NCBI GenBank assembly: GCA_034780895.1
Contig: JAUZTB010000107.1
Location: 33,891,934 to 33,955,933, forward strand
From: Rhynchobatus australiae
Lineage: Eukaryota
DNA length: 64,000 nucleotides
Direction of reading: 5' to 3'
The position numbers and the translations under genes were made by a program. The notes below the pieces were generated by a model that saw only the letters and a program-made list of their open reading frames with translations, had not been told where the DNA came from and searched no databases. Positions 52,801-64,000 of the stretch are shown piece after piece. Numbering within the stretch: position 1 is the stretch's first letter; each line of letters starts with the position of its first letter.

Positions 52801-54179
52801 ACAAAGTAAATATTTTCCATCAGTAAAGTTACCAGTCACACCATATAACACATGTAGCTCCATGGGCTCACGTTTCCCTTTCAAAATAAAACAATCGAGC
52901 TGAACTGCCCGAAACGTTACATTTGACAAGTTTGTGCTTGTGGATACATAGATGTTTTAGAAAATCAAAGCCTTGTTGCATTATTATGTATTCAATTGCA
53001 CTATTTATTTTTTGTTAAAGATCATGTTTTCTCTTGTATTTTAAGTTTTCTCTTGTTTTTTAAAACTAATGTTTGCAACCTTATAAATTTCATTTTTTGT
53101 TTGTAAATTCAAGAATAACATCCATTCAATTTCTGATAACCAATGTTTCTTTGTTAAAACTAGGTGTTCAAAAGTCTAACCCTACCATAAATTTTATTGG
53201 CAAATGTTGCTTGTTTTCATGGAAATAGTTTCAATGAATAGGGTTATAAAATTGAAGGAAATCTGACAATGATTCAACTTATGATTCCTCAGTATTTTCT
53301 TACAGGAGGAAGAGCACAGTAAAGTTGTGCTGAGTTAGAAATGTTCCATGTCTTTTATCATTGTGGAGTTGAAATTACACTGTGCAAGATTCATAATGAA
53401 TATATTAGCACATTCATATGATTTAACAAAGGTGCAACCTCATTTACTTGAGATTGATTAGTGCATCAGTTAAAATAGCAGAGAGAAATTTCATATAAGC
53501 TTGTTAATATGTTCATTCCTAAATGGANNNNNNNNNNNNNNNNNNNNNNNNNNNNNNNNNNNNNNNNNNNNNNNNNNNNNNNNNNNNNNNNNNNNNNNNN
53601 NNNNNNNNNNNNNNNNNNNNNNNNNNNNNNNNNNNNNNNNNNNNNNNNNNNNNNNNNNNNNNNNNNNNNNNNNNNNNNNNNNNNNNNNNNNNNNNNNNNN
53701 NNNNNNNNNNNNNNNNNNNNNNNNNNNNNNNNNGGCACTGATAACGTTGGTTAATGTTTCTCCCTCTATGAATGTTCAGTTGCAGATGACGCCTTCTTCT
53801 AAGGACATTTACTAGTTAACCAGCTTGGTAGCTTTTGAGCTGCCATTTAATTCTTATTGACTGAGGCTTTTTTGATGTACACTAAGCACTTCTTGTAAAA
53901 TCACAGCACATGGTTTCATTTTAAAAAACTTTCCAAAAATATTGGAGACTCTGTGGTTATTGCACTGTGTAGCCCTTAAACTGTGTGCTTAAAAAAATGT
54001 ATCTCAGCAGAGATTACCACTAGCACTAAAAATAAATTTCAATCTTATTTTCTCTTATGTTTAGTAACATTGTTGAAAATTTCCCTGCATACTTGGTGTT
54101 CATAAGATAGCACTGATTACAGAAATATGAGACAGCTGCAGCATACGCTGAAGCAAAGATGTTTTCGGTACAAGGGTGA

Positions 54180-54570
54180 GGGGCATTTGACTGATTGTGT
54201 CCTTGCTAAAGCAATCAAAAGCTTATTGCACTGCTCCATTCTCTCACCATAGCTTTGTTTCTTTCCCTGCTTCAAATATTTATTCTATTTTCTCTTAAAA
54301 GATCCAATGGTCTTTGCCTGTGGCAAAACATTCCATGCTTCAACAACCTGCTGTGAAAAGAATTTTCTTCTAACCTCTCTCACTGTCTGAGTGATATTTT
54401 TAACTTTCCTCTGCTTGGGTAATCTTTGACCCCTCGTCACCAATTACCCAACCTGAGGAAATAGCCTTACGCTATTCACTCTACCAGAACACGTCATCAT
54501 TTTAAAAACTCCTATTAAATCTCATTGTAGTCTTCCCTACTTCAGTGGAAATAGGTCCAATATATCAAAG
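54180..54570 (-). mobile_element. Highly degenerate CR1 3' end
   Basis: cattccatgcttcaacaacctgctgtgaaaagaattttcttctaacctc is the reverse complement of the RR.FFSQ.VV..WN motif. Confidence 0.6.
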
Positions 54571-56065
54571 TCTCTCATCACAACTATAGTGGTTTTAATG
54601 TATTTTCTACAATGGGACATTCAATACTGCCCCTTGTATTCCAATTTTAACTTAATAATATTCACATTATGTTTCTTCTTTTGCGTTGTATTCCATTATA
54701 CTTTCTATAAAACCTAGAATCTTCTGTCATTCTCAAGTTGTAGCAATCCACAGAAATTTATTAATTAAGAAATTTACTGTTGCCTTTAAGTTGTTGGTAG
54801 TGGGCTTTCCTTGAGAATGCCTGCAATCCATAAAGCTTCAGCTGTGAATGAGCAAGAAACTAACCACCATGTCTCAATTTTTAAGTGCAGTGTTGCTCAT
54901 ACAACACTCTCCAAAGCCTGGGTTGCAAAAATTTGGATGAGGGACAGATTTGCCATGAGTTCTTGGTAAAGGTTTCCAAAGGAAGAAGAATTTCCAAAGG
55001 AACAAGCATTTGAACTGAGAAAGATCATTAAAAAAGAATCTTGCTNNNNNNNNNNNNNNNNNNNNNNNNNNNNNNNNNNNNNNNNNNNNNNNNNNNNNNN
55101 NNNNNNNNNNNNNNNNNNNNNNNNNNNNNNNNNNNNNNNNNNNNNNNNNNNNNNNNNNNNNNNNNNNNNNNNNNNNNNNNNNNNNNNNNNNNNNNNNNNN
55201 NNNNNNNNNNNNNNNNNNNNNNNNNNNNNNNNNNNNNNNNNNNNNNNNNNNNNNNNNNNNNNNNNNNNNNNNNNNNNNNNNNNNNNNNNNNNNNNNNNNN
55301 NNNNNNNNNNNNNNNNNNNNNNNNNNNNNNNNNNNNNNNNNNNNNNNNNNNNNNNNNNNNNNNNNNNNNNNNNNNNNNNNNNNNNNNNNNNNNNNNNNNN
55401 NNNNNNNNNNNNNNNNNNNNNNNNNNNNNNNNNNNNNNNNNNNNNNNNNNNNNNNNNNNNNNNNNNNNNNNNNNNNNNNNNNNNNNNNNNNNNNNNNNNN
55501 GCAAGAGACCAGTTGGAATAAATAATCAGTGGGTGGGGGAATTTCAGCTGCCAACAAGTTTCCGGCCGCAGAACTGTAGGTTTCTTTAAATTTCCCACAT
55601 GCTTTAGAATGAGGCCGTGGTGACTTTAAGTTCCGAGCCTCTTTAATTTGAGACAAACCGTCGACTTACACAAAATTAGGTTGCATTTAGCCACTCTGCA
55701 TGTAAATTTGGGGATTGGCTTCAGCGGCAACCTTGGATTTTGGAAAGTGGGGAGGGTTTATCCGAAGCTTGGGAGGCCAAAACGCTCCTTGTGTGGCCCA
55801 AAAAGGTACTCTCGCCGAGAAGGGCCATAATGCAATTTTAGTGAGCTCTCTGCAGTAGCAAGAAACTTGATTGGTACTGCATTTGCCAGCAAAACACTCC
55901 CAGGTATGAGGTCTGGATCTTTTGTACACATAATGCAAATACACATGGATGTCACTGGGCAGGCTTTGCGTGCTGAAGCAGAGGATAACCAGAGAGCTGA
56001 GGCCTACTTTGGTATTACTTGAATGGCCCAACCATACCTGTGTCATAGGCAGTGAAAGTTCTCGG

Positions 56066-56166
56066 AATCAGAATCAGGTTCATTATCACTGACATATGTT
56101 GTGAAATTTATTGTTTTGTGGCAGCAGTACAGTGCAAGACACACAGATAAAAGTTACAAAAATAAA
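56066..56166 (-). mobile_element. LINE 3' terminus with (ATTCTG)n-type tail, Rex1/L2-like; cut by an assembly gap
   Basis: aatcagaatcaggttcattatcactgacatatgttgtgaaattt...gcagcagtacagtgcaa. The family assignment is from recollection of similar fish LINE ends. Confidence 0.55.
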
Positions 56167-56266
56167 NNNNNNNNNNNNNNNNNNNNNNNNNNNNNNNNNN
56201 NNNNNNNNNNNNNNNNNNNNNNNNNNNNNNNNNNNNNNNNNNNNNNNNNNNNNNNNNNNNNNNNNN

Positions 56267-56480
56267 GATGCCATTACAGTGCCAGTGACCCGGGTTCAAT
56301 TCCCGCCGCTGTCTGTAAGGAGTTTGTACGTTCTCCCCGAGTGTCTGCGTGGGTTTCCTCCGGGTGCTCCGGTTTCCTCCCACATTCCAAAGACGTGCGG
56401 GTTAGGAGGTTAACGTGGGTGTAATTGGGCGGCTCGTTGGGCCGGATGGGTCTGTTACTGCGCTGTATCAATAACGTTAA
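56267..56480 (+). mobile_element. Young tRNA-derived V-SINE (HE1-like)
   Basis: B-box gggttcaattccc (~56292-56304) and V-domain core gagtttgtacgttctcccc...gcgtgggtttcctccgggtgctccggtttcctcccacattccaaagacg. CpGs are retained. Confidence 0.85.
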
Positions 56481-56484
56481 AGTT

Positions 56485-57575
56485 AAGACTGGAGGACGGC
56501 AATATTGTTCCTTGAAGGGCAGCAGGGATAAGCCAGGTAATTCCAGACCAGTGAGCCTTACCTCAGTGGTGGAGAAGTTATTGGAAGGATCAATATTTCC
56601 TGAGAGGGGCAGGGATTAATCGAGGATAGTCAGCACGGCGTTGTTGGTGGGAGGTCCTGTCTGACTCATTTGATTGCATTGTTTTGAAGATGTTATCAAA
56701 TACACAGCTGAGGGCAGTGTGCTGACGTGGTCGAGACAGACCGACAAGGCATCTGACAGTTAGAGCCCAAGGCAAGATGGCAAATTGGATTTAAAATTGA
56801 TCTGGTAAGAGGAGGCAGAGGGTGAAGTTGGAGGGTTGCTTTTGTGATTGGAGTCCTGCAGCCAGTGGTGTAACACAGAGTCAGTACTGGGATCCTTACC
56901 CGTTGTTACATACATTAGTGTATGTTCATGCAAGGAGGCGCGATTGGTACGTTTGGAGATGACGCAAAAAATGGTTGTGTTGTTGCTCGTGAGGAGTGCT
57001 CAGTTCTGAAGAGAGACTAGAAGCTTGTTTCCCTCAGAGCAGAGATGGCTGAGGGGGGACCTGTACCCTGTACTACCTCAATGCACCCTGCGCTACCTTG
57101 ATGCACTCTGTACTAACTCACTGCACCCTGTACTACCTTGATACACTGTGTAATGAATTGACCCACACAATCGGTATGCAAGACAAGTCATTCACTGTAC
57201 CCCGGTACAAGTGACAATAATATACCAATACTTGACAGAGAGTACAACATTATGAGGGCCATAGATAGGAAAGAATCGTAAACTTTGTCCCAAAGCAGGG
57301 GTGTCTGTACTAGAGGGCATAGGCTTAAGGTGTGGATTAGGAGATTTAGAGGGGATATCAGGAGAATCTTTCACCCAGAGGATGTTTGGAGCTTGGAAAA
57401 CACCACCTGAGAGGCTGGCGGAAGCAGAGACACTCTCAGCATTTAACAAGTATCTAGAACGGCCAAGGCCTGGAAGGGTACAGACCAGTTGCTGGTAAAG
57501 GGGAAGTGCTGGCACATGGTCAGCATAGACAGGGTGGGCTGAAGGGCCTGTTTCTATGCTGCATAATTCTACGAC
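56485..57575 (+). mobile_element. Deleted CR1 LINE, interrupted at ~57060-57232 by a Rex1-like 3' end
   Basis: KGSRDKPGNSRPVSLTSVVEKLLE (ORF 56425..56619), FTQRMFGAWKTPPERLAEAETLSAFNKYL (ORF 57301..57498) and the CR1 tail gggctgaagggcctgtttctatgctg. Confidence 0.85.
57061..57150 (+). repeat. 20-bp minisatellite, ~4.5 copies
   Basis: tgtaccctgtactacctcaa / tgcaccctgcgctaccttga / tgcactctgtactaactcac / tgcaccctgtactaccttga. Confidence 0.85.
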
Positions 57576-57833
57576 TCCAGATTCTTCCACCAGGTCTCCC
57601 GAATGTCTGCTTCTGCTGAATAAAGACCTGTTCTATCTACACCTGCAATCTCCGTGCGGCTCATTCAAAATCATTGTGTTCCCCACTCTCTATGAGACAG
57701 AACCTTCACACCACTCTGCCTGAATGAACTCTGCACCTTGTTCCCACCCTGTACGGACCCTGCGCCCTGCATGGGCAGATGATGCACCTCAGCATCCTGG
57801 ACAGCTGAGTTTAATTCAGATAAGTGCCAGGTG

Positions 57834-58202
57834 TGTCATGGTTCTGGGTTCTGGGTTCTGGCCCTCAATTTGGCTCCTTTAATGCCTTGTCCAGCACATG
57901 GATTCCATGCTGGACTGTTTGCATAACGACGCATACCTGAGCCCCATCAGGGGCCTAGCATAAGTACCTGGGTTTCTCTAGCACTAGTTGCCAGGGTATT
58001 GGTCAACCTTTGGGTATATCCTGGCTCCTGGCTCCTGGCTCCTGGCTCCTGGCTCTGTTGGGATTCCTACTCAGATCTCTGAGGCAAGATTCCTTCCAGT
58101 TATGACCAGTGTTTGGTCCTGAGGAAGTATCCTAACTCCAGTCCTGTACCAGTGTGCTGCATTTAGGTTCTCTGAGCTTGTTCTTTTCTCAACATTGTGA
58201 CA
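57834..58202 (+). mobile_element. Probable solo LTR (Gypsy-like)
   Basis: Termini TGTCA...TGACA, internal (GGTTCTG)3 and (CTGGCTC)5, and ctgcatttaggttc near the 3' end. No clear target-site duplication. Confidence 0.5.
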
Positions 58203-58390
58203 CAGTCATGAGTGTAGAGAGAGTAGAGCAGTGGGCTAAGCATGCATCCTTGAGGTGTGCCTGTATTGATTGTCAGAGAGGAGGAGATGTTACCGTATCT
58301 GTATCTGTACTGACTGTGATCTCCTGATAAGGAAATTGAGGATCCAGATGCAGAGGGAGGTACAGAGGCCCAAGTTTTGAAGCTTGTTGT
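58203..58390 (-). mobile_element. Rex1/Babar-type LINE RT fragment
   Basis: Minus-strand translation NKLQNLGLCTSLCIWILNFLIRRSQSVQI...GNISSSLTINTGTPQGCMLSPLLYSLYTHDC, with the PQG and YTHDC motifs. Confidence 0.85.
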
Positions 58391-58929
58391 TGAAGGAATT
58401 TGTATTCATTCTGTTTTTCTTTGTTATTCATTACTCCCACACCCTTTTTTCCCACTGCTAACTTCTTTAGGACCTCCTGATTGTCTCCCTGACCAGCCAC
58501 CAAACCACCTAGTCCCGATCTTCCCCCCAACCCTCCCGATCATCTCACCCTTCAATTTCCCTCCACTCTGATTATCTTCCCAATCCCTTAAACACTATTA
58601 TCTCCCCCAATGAGCACTCACCTTTCCCCATCCCTGGCGGAACTCCAGACTGTTCAATCGTCACCAATCCCAATTATCTCCACAGTTGGATCCTGTCCCC
58701 ACCTCATGGGGTGAGGACAGGATCCTTTGTCCCCTCATCCTATGACCCCTTGTGATCTTCTCTCTCCTTCTGTGATTGCCTCCCATTATTTTAGAAACCT
58801 CCAGTCCTCTCCCATGCTTACTTCCTCTGGATTCACCACGGTGTGCAATGGGGGAGAGAATGCAGATGAAAGATGCTTGAGCCTTTTTCCTTGGATAGGG
58901 CTTATTCTACCTATCATGTCTTGTCTAAG

Positions 58930-60110
58930 TCCTACAGACAGTCATACTTTATATTGCATGTGATAGAATAAGATTGCCCATAGGTCTTGCACAAAATTAG
59001 TGCTGGACATTGGTTAATGGAGAGAATACAGTAGGAATAAGCAAAGCATTTTCAGTTTGGCACTTTATTGTTTGTAGGGTGCTGCACAAAGAATAAATAG
59101 AAAGGCAGAGTTGCTTTAACTTGGGAAAGATTGAAAGGTGTTGATATTCAGAGGGATCTGTGTATATAAATCACACAGTTATTGCAGATACAGAAAGCAA
59201 TTAGGAAGGCAAATAGTATGTTGATCTTTATTGGAAGAAGATTTCAGTACAAGAGTAAAGAAATTCTGGGGACACAAGAGACTGCAGATGCTGGAATATG
59301 GAGCAACAAACCATCTGCTGGAAGAACTCAGCAGGTCAAGCAGCACCTGTGAGAGGAAAGGAATTGTCAATGGTTCTGGTTGAAACCCTGCATCAGGCCT
59401 GAGGAAATTCAGGAGAGGGCATCAGGAAATTCTGGAAGTCCAGGGGTAGGGGAGGGGTGTCACAGTGGCATCCCACCTCCCAAAAACATATGGGTCGGTT
59501 GTTTATTGGCCACTGTAAATTGCCCCTAGTATGTAGGTGAGTGGTGGAATGTGGGGAGAGTTGATGGGGATGTGGGGAGAATAAAAAGGGATTAGTGTAA
59601 ATGGCGCTTGATGGTTGGTGCAGACTTTGGCTGAAGAGCCTATTCCTGTGGTGTGTGACTCCGTAAATGCAATTACAGAGTCCTAGTGAGACCGTATCTC
59701 GAATACTGTGGACAAATCTGGGTTCCCTACCAAGGAAGGATATATAGGGATAGAGAGAGTGCAATGAAAATTTGTAATTGTTCCTGAAATGATAGGTTTG
59801 TCCTATGAGGAGAGATTAAGTAGACAGGGCCTATGCTACTTGGAGATTAAAAGAATGAGGGGTAATCTCATTGAACCACCTAAAATCCTTTTGGACTGGG
59901 GTGTCGAGACAAGGGCATCACACCTCTGAATAAGTAATCATCAGGACTGAGATGAGAAGAAATTTCTTCACTTTAAGGATAGTGGATCTCTGGAATTCTC
60001 TACCCAAGGGAGTTGTGAGGTTTGGTTGCTGAAAGTTCTGATTGAAAGGTGGAGCAGCTGCAAGCAGCTAAATGGCCTACTGTTGCTCCTATTTCCTGTG
60101 TTTATATGCC
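58930..60110 (+). mobile_element. Degenerate CR1 with nested Penelope-like repeat (59271-59400) and SINE piece (~59470-59665)
   Basis: The CR1 reading breaks after aagagtaaagaaattctg (KSKEIL) and resumes at caattacagagtcctagtgagaccg (LVRP.LEYC). The tail aatggcctactgttgctcctatttcc is at ~60072. Confidence 0.8.
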
Positions 60111-60289
60111 CTTCATGCAGTGCTGCTTTAACATTCACTTTCAGGTGTATTGCAACCATTAGCCTTCCACTATATCTGGTTTCTTAAAGGAAAATACAAA
60201 GAAATATCTTGAATGGGATCTTCTTCTGGGTATGTCTGGCAGGCCTGCACAGGATGTGGTTAAAATTGTGGAGTTACCCCAATCATGGC

Positions 60290-60930
60290 ATCAAACTTCC
60301 ATCTGCATACTCAAAGAAGGTCACAATATTATCGGTTCATTTCAAAAGGGTAGGTTAAAATATAGGAAGTTATGACAATAACTTTTTAAACACTGTGCCA
60401 ACCACAACTGAAATGTTGCATCCAATTTTAGTCACCTCGCTTTTGGAAGAATGTGACGTCCTTGGAGACATTGCAGAAAAGGTTGACATGAATGACCCAT
60501 GACCTCTACTAAGGGGAAAGACTGGAGAAGGTGAAATTTTCTCCTGAGTTCAGAAAAGATTGAAAGGAATATAGGGGAGGCATTTAAGATAATGACACAT
60601 CTCTATGAGAGTAGACAGAATAAAACATCTTTTGTTGATGGAATGCCTGAGAACCAGAATTCACAGATTTAAGGTGACTGGCAAAGCTCCAAAGCCACAA
60701 TGAGGGCAAACTTTTCTATGCGGTATGGTTAACATCTGGAATTCACTGCCTGACAGGATAACCAGCCTGACTCAAACCTGACCTTTAAAAGGTCACTGGA
60801 TCAGCAACTGAAGGAGAAAAACCTGTCGAGCAGCAGGGAAAAGGTGGGAATGGAACTCGTTGCGTTACTCTTGCAAGCAGCCAGCATGGTTTCAAAGGGC
60901 TGAAGAGTTTCTTTTCTTGCTGTTACCATC
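60290..60930 (+). mobile_element. Older degenerate CR1 3' part
   Basis: atgagggcaaacttttctatgcggtatggttaacatctggaattcactgcct (WNSLP motif) and other decayed ORF2 C-terminal segments. Confidence 0.7.
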
Positions 60931-63346
60931 TCTTCATTCAGGGAAGACAGCACGACCCAGCAGCATATTAACAGAAAAGTCACCCCATTAATTTAACTGC
61001 CATCCTGCTCTGTTTCTAGAACAGATAGGGTTAGTATAAATCGTGGACTCTATTTTGCTAAGCATTCATCTCTGATTTCTTGCTGATCTGCCTATCATCA
61101 GCCTGTCCCTAATGAAACCTACAGTAGATCTCAGAACTCCGCAGACAATGGGAAATAAATTCTTTTATGGTTGTCAGCACTGAATGCGTGTGTGAAAATC
61201 AGCTGCCNNNNNNNNNNNNNNNNNNNNNNNNNNNNNNNNNNNNNNNNNNNNNNNNNNNNNNNNNNNNNNNNNNNNNNNNNNNNNNNNNNNNNNNNNNNNN
61301 NNNNNNNTCTTCATAGATGGTCTGTACCCAAATGTCGGGCAAGAACTTGCTACCTGTACTGACCTACATAATTAGTATGGCTTTACTGTTTCCAGATGCA
61401 ACAGTTTTGATATTGCTGTAGACATCCTGATTCTAAATGTCACAGCCCTGTGTGGCAGCAGGGTCTCATGCAGCATAATATTGCATGGTGGACAGGCCAG
61501 GTCAAGCTTTGCATGTGTAACAGCAAAAATTGACAACCAGCAAAATCTTATTCCCAGGCTTAGCTGATTGCCCAATCTGTCAAGGGATTTGAATGCTTCT
61601 GAATGTCCTTGACCAAAAATAAAAAGCATTAAAATGTTTCAGTGTTCAAAGTGATTTTAAATTATAACAATTAACTCAAAGAAATGTAAGTTGCCTAATA
61701 TTTAGTTTTGTTCCTTGCAGCTGCCCCTTTCCGTTGAATTTTTTGTACTTGCAGTTCCTGTAACTTGGCACTGGTTCAGCAGGCATATTCCACAATGTAA
61801 ATGCTGGGGAGCTGCAGCAAGTTGTTACTCTACTGCTGGACTTCATGAGGAGTCCCAACAATGGAGCACAGTCAGCAAAACTTTATTGAAGAGCAGCTAG
61901 CAATTTGGGACATTTCTGTTTATGAAGAGCCCTAAATTTTCTGTAACTTATGGAAGGGGAATCCAGGTAGATTGATACAGAACTGTCAGCATTTCTCAGC
62001 AAGTTTAAGTTCATTAATTTATCTGTCTGTTAATTTTTATATATTGTACAATTTCATGTGAATTCACTGCTGTTGTCTTCTGCATTATTTCCTAACCCAC
62101 ACTACATCCATTACATTTTGCTAAATTCACCTGAATATTCAGTATTTCCCTATACATGACCTAATATAAACAATGCAATATTAGTAACATGTTGCATACT
62201 GAAATTTACATAACATATCAAGTCACTGAGAATGTATTAATGAAGACATCTAAAAATGATAAATAATTATGGTCAATTAGCTACTGTCATCATAAACAGT
62301 TTGTTTTAATAGCATAATGACAACAAATGTAAATTTTATATTTGTTTTTTAAGGTAGTCAGTACATAATACAATTGTTCCCAACGGTGAAAATTTGTTCT
62401 TCAGTTACCTTTAACTTGTCACCATTCATGAACTAAATATTGCAGTCACCATTCTTGAACTAAATATTTGTAATAAACAGTGAATTAACCATAGAGGTAT
62501 ATCTCTTATACCTCTATTCAAAATAGTAGTGATTTTAAGAGCACTTGAATTTTTATGAAATAGTGTCAGTTGAATCAACTTGAATATACATGTTCTGATA
62601 AATCATCAAACTCTGAGAGTTTGCATCAGTGTAAACACTATTTTCCCAAGCCTTTTAAAGCAATAATCTAAATGCAGGCATATAAGATAATTTAGTGAAA
62701 TGTTAGTAGTTGATGATCTGTGACACTTTTATAACTTGGTGCTTTGAGATACAATTACAGTAGCTGACATTTTAAACTTCCAATCCACAAAACAAATGCT
62801 AAAAACATTTACTAAAATATTATAATAAGGTCAATACAAAGTGACAATATATCATTCTGCATGCATTTAAATTTCATTTGAGAACAGCCAAGTCCTGGGT
62901 GACCCTGGATGACCAGTTGCTTTTGTTATCCTTTTGCAAGGATGTCAGCACTTGTTTTTTCAGAAAGTTCTAGAGCTATGGGAAAGCTTTAGCTTTGTAT
63001 TGAAATAGGATATCCTCTGCTGGAGTGCGGCATAGGAATTCTGTGTTGGGAAAGGAAAATCTGCCCTTTTCCAAATCATCCAGTGATTTCATATAAAGGA
63101 TATCTTTCTGGATACCAGGTCTCGCGATAGGTTATCAATGTTAACTGGATACAGGGAACAACTGCTGCATGGAGAGGGAAGGCACCCCCAGTTTTATGTA
63201 TATTTCAGACTAGCAACCTGTTGTCAACTGCTGGGCATTGGCATTGCCCAGTTGACCACCCTTTCACATTTATAAATCAGGACACAGGCAATGTAAAGAG
63301 ATTATCAGGGGGTGGGAGATGAGGGAGAAGGTGCATGGTTGGGGTG

Positions 63347-63583
63347 ACGCACACACAAAGTGCTGGAGGAACTCAGCAGGTCAGGCAGCATCTATGGAGG
63401 GAAATGAACAGTTGACGTTTCGGGCCGAGACCCTCCCTCAGGACTGGTGAAGGGTCTTAGCTTCTTAGCCCATAACATAGACTGTTCATTTCTCTCCATA
63501 GTTGCCTCCTGACCTGCTGATTTCCTCCAGCATTTTGTGTGCGTTGCTCCAGATTTCCGGCATCTGCAGTCTCTCTTGTGTCT
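63347..63583. mobile_element. Fold-back element made of two inverted Penelope-like terminal repeats
   Basis: Arms 63347-63441 and 63444-63544 are reverse complements of each other. A related repeat occurs at 59271-59400, and a stub at ~11420-11448. Confidence 0.8.
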
Positions 63584-64000
63584 CCGACATGGTTGGGGTG
63601 AGCTTGTCCCAGAAATTTTCCCTCACCCTGTCACCCACCACTGGGATACAGTTTTAGAAGCCGCATTCCACAATCCTCAGCTGCTGATCTATACCTGCAC
63701 AGGTCACACTGCAGTTACCATGACCTGGCCTTTGCAAGCAAATCTCAGGGAAATGACTGGTGTTCAGTTACATGAGCTCATGTGAGGTAAAACAACATCT
63801 GCACTCCCATGTCTGTGCATGTGAACGTGGAATCTCGAGCGAAGCATTGGCGGCTCACAGCAGGGCAGCAGGCTGACCTCCTCATCAAGTGGCTGCTAAC
63901 TGTACTTCGTCCACCCATCAGGAAGGGAGGTGCCCACTAATCGTTTCCCTTTGATTGGAATGAAAGCTGTGAAACCCTTGTCACTTTAGTGCTTGTCACT

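Noticed and set aside
52895-52920. cccgaaacgtta as a hammerhead remnant
   Set aside because: It lacks the CUGANGA half and stem II, and is too short to distinguish from chance.
54874-55656. Long ORFs containing X runs
   Set aside because: Artefacts of translating through N gaps.
56267-56310. tRNA gene
   Set aside because: The B-box belongs to a SINE head and no cloverleaf can be formed.
57061-58055. Short repeats as a CRISPR-like array
   Set aside because: They are tandem units with no unique spacers, inside eukaryotic retroelement debris.
62418-62470. 27-bp tandem duplication (and a similar one at ~2830-2870)
   Set aside because: Ordinary two-copy slippage duplications with no further signal.

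Overview
This is eukaryotic vertebrate DNA. Its repeats (CR1/HER1-type LINEs, HE1/V-SINE-like and Deu-type SINEs, Rex1, RTE, Penelope-like terminal repeats, PIF/Harbinger fossils) point to a cartilaginous fish, probably a batoid; that assignment is inference. The scaffold is gappy, with many runs of about 100 N. I found no intact host protein-coding exon, and the ORF track is mostly spurious or transposon-derived. The centre holds a CpG island (~30.7-35.2 kb) with a motif-rich promoter (CCAAT, CRE, E-box, forkhead, IRF/PRDM1, ETS). Splice signals suggest the 5' leader of an unidentified minus-strand gene, with candidate exons at ~33240-33004, 32317-32184, 22863-22643 and 20256-20204. Its main CDS would lie left of the window. 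The most notable items are a possible spliced 54-aa upstream ORF in that leader, a fold-back Penelope-derived element with two decayed hammerhead-ribozyme cores (~63.35-63.58 kb), two Harbinger transposase fossils, and a 66-bp near-perfect palindrome at 46.6 kb. All calls were made by eye and no searches were run.
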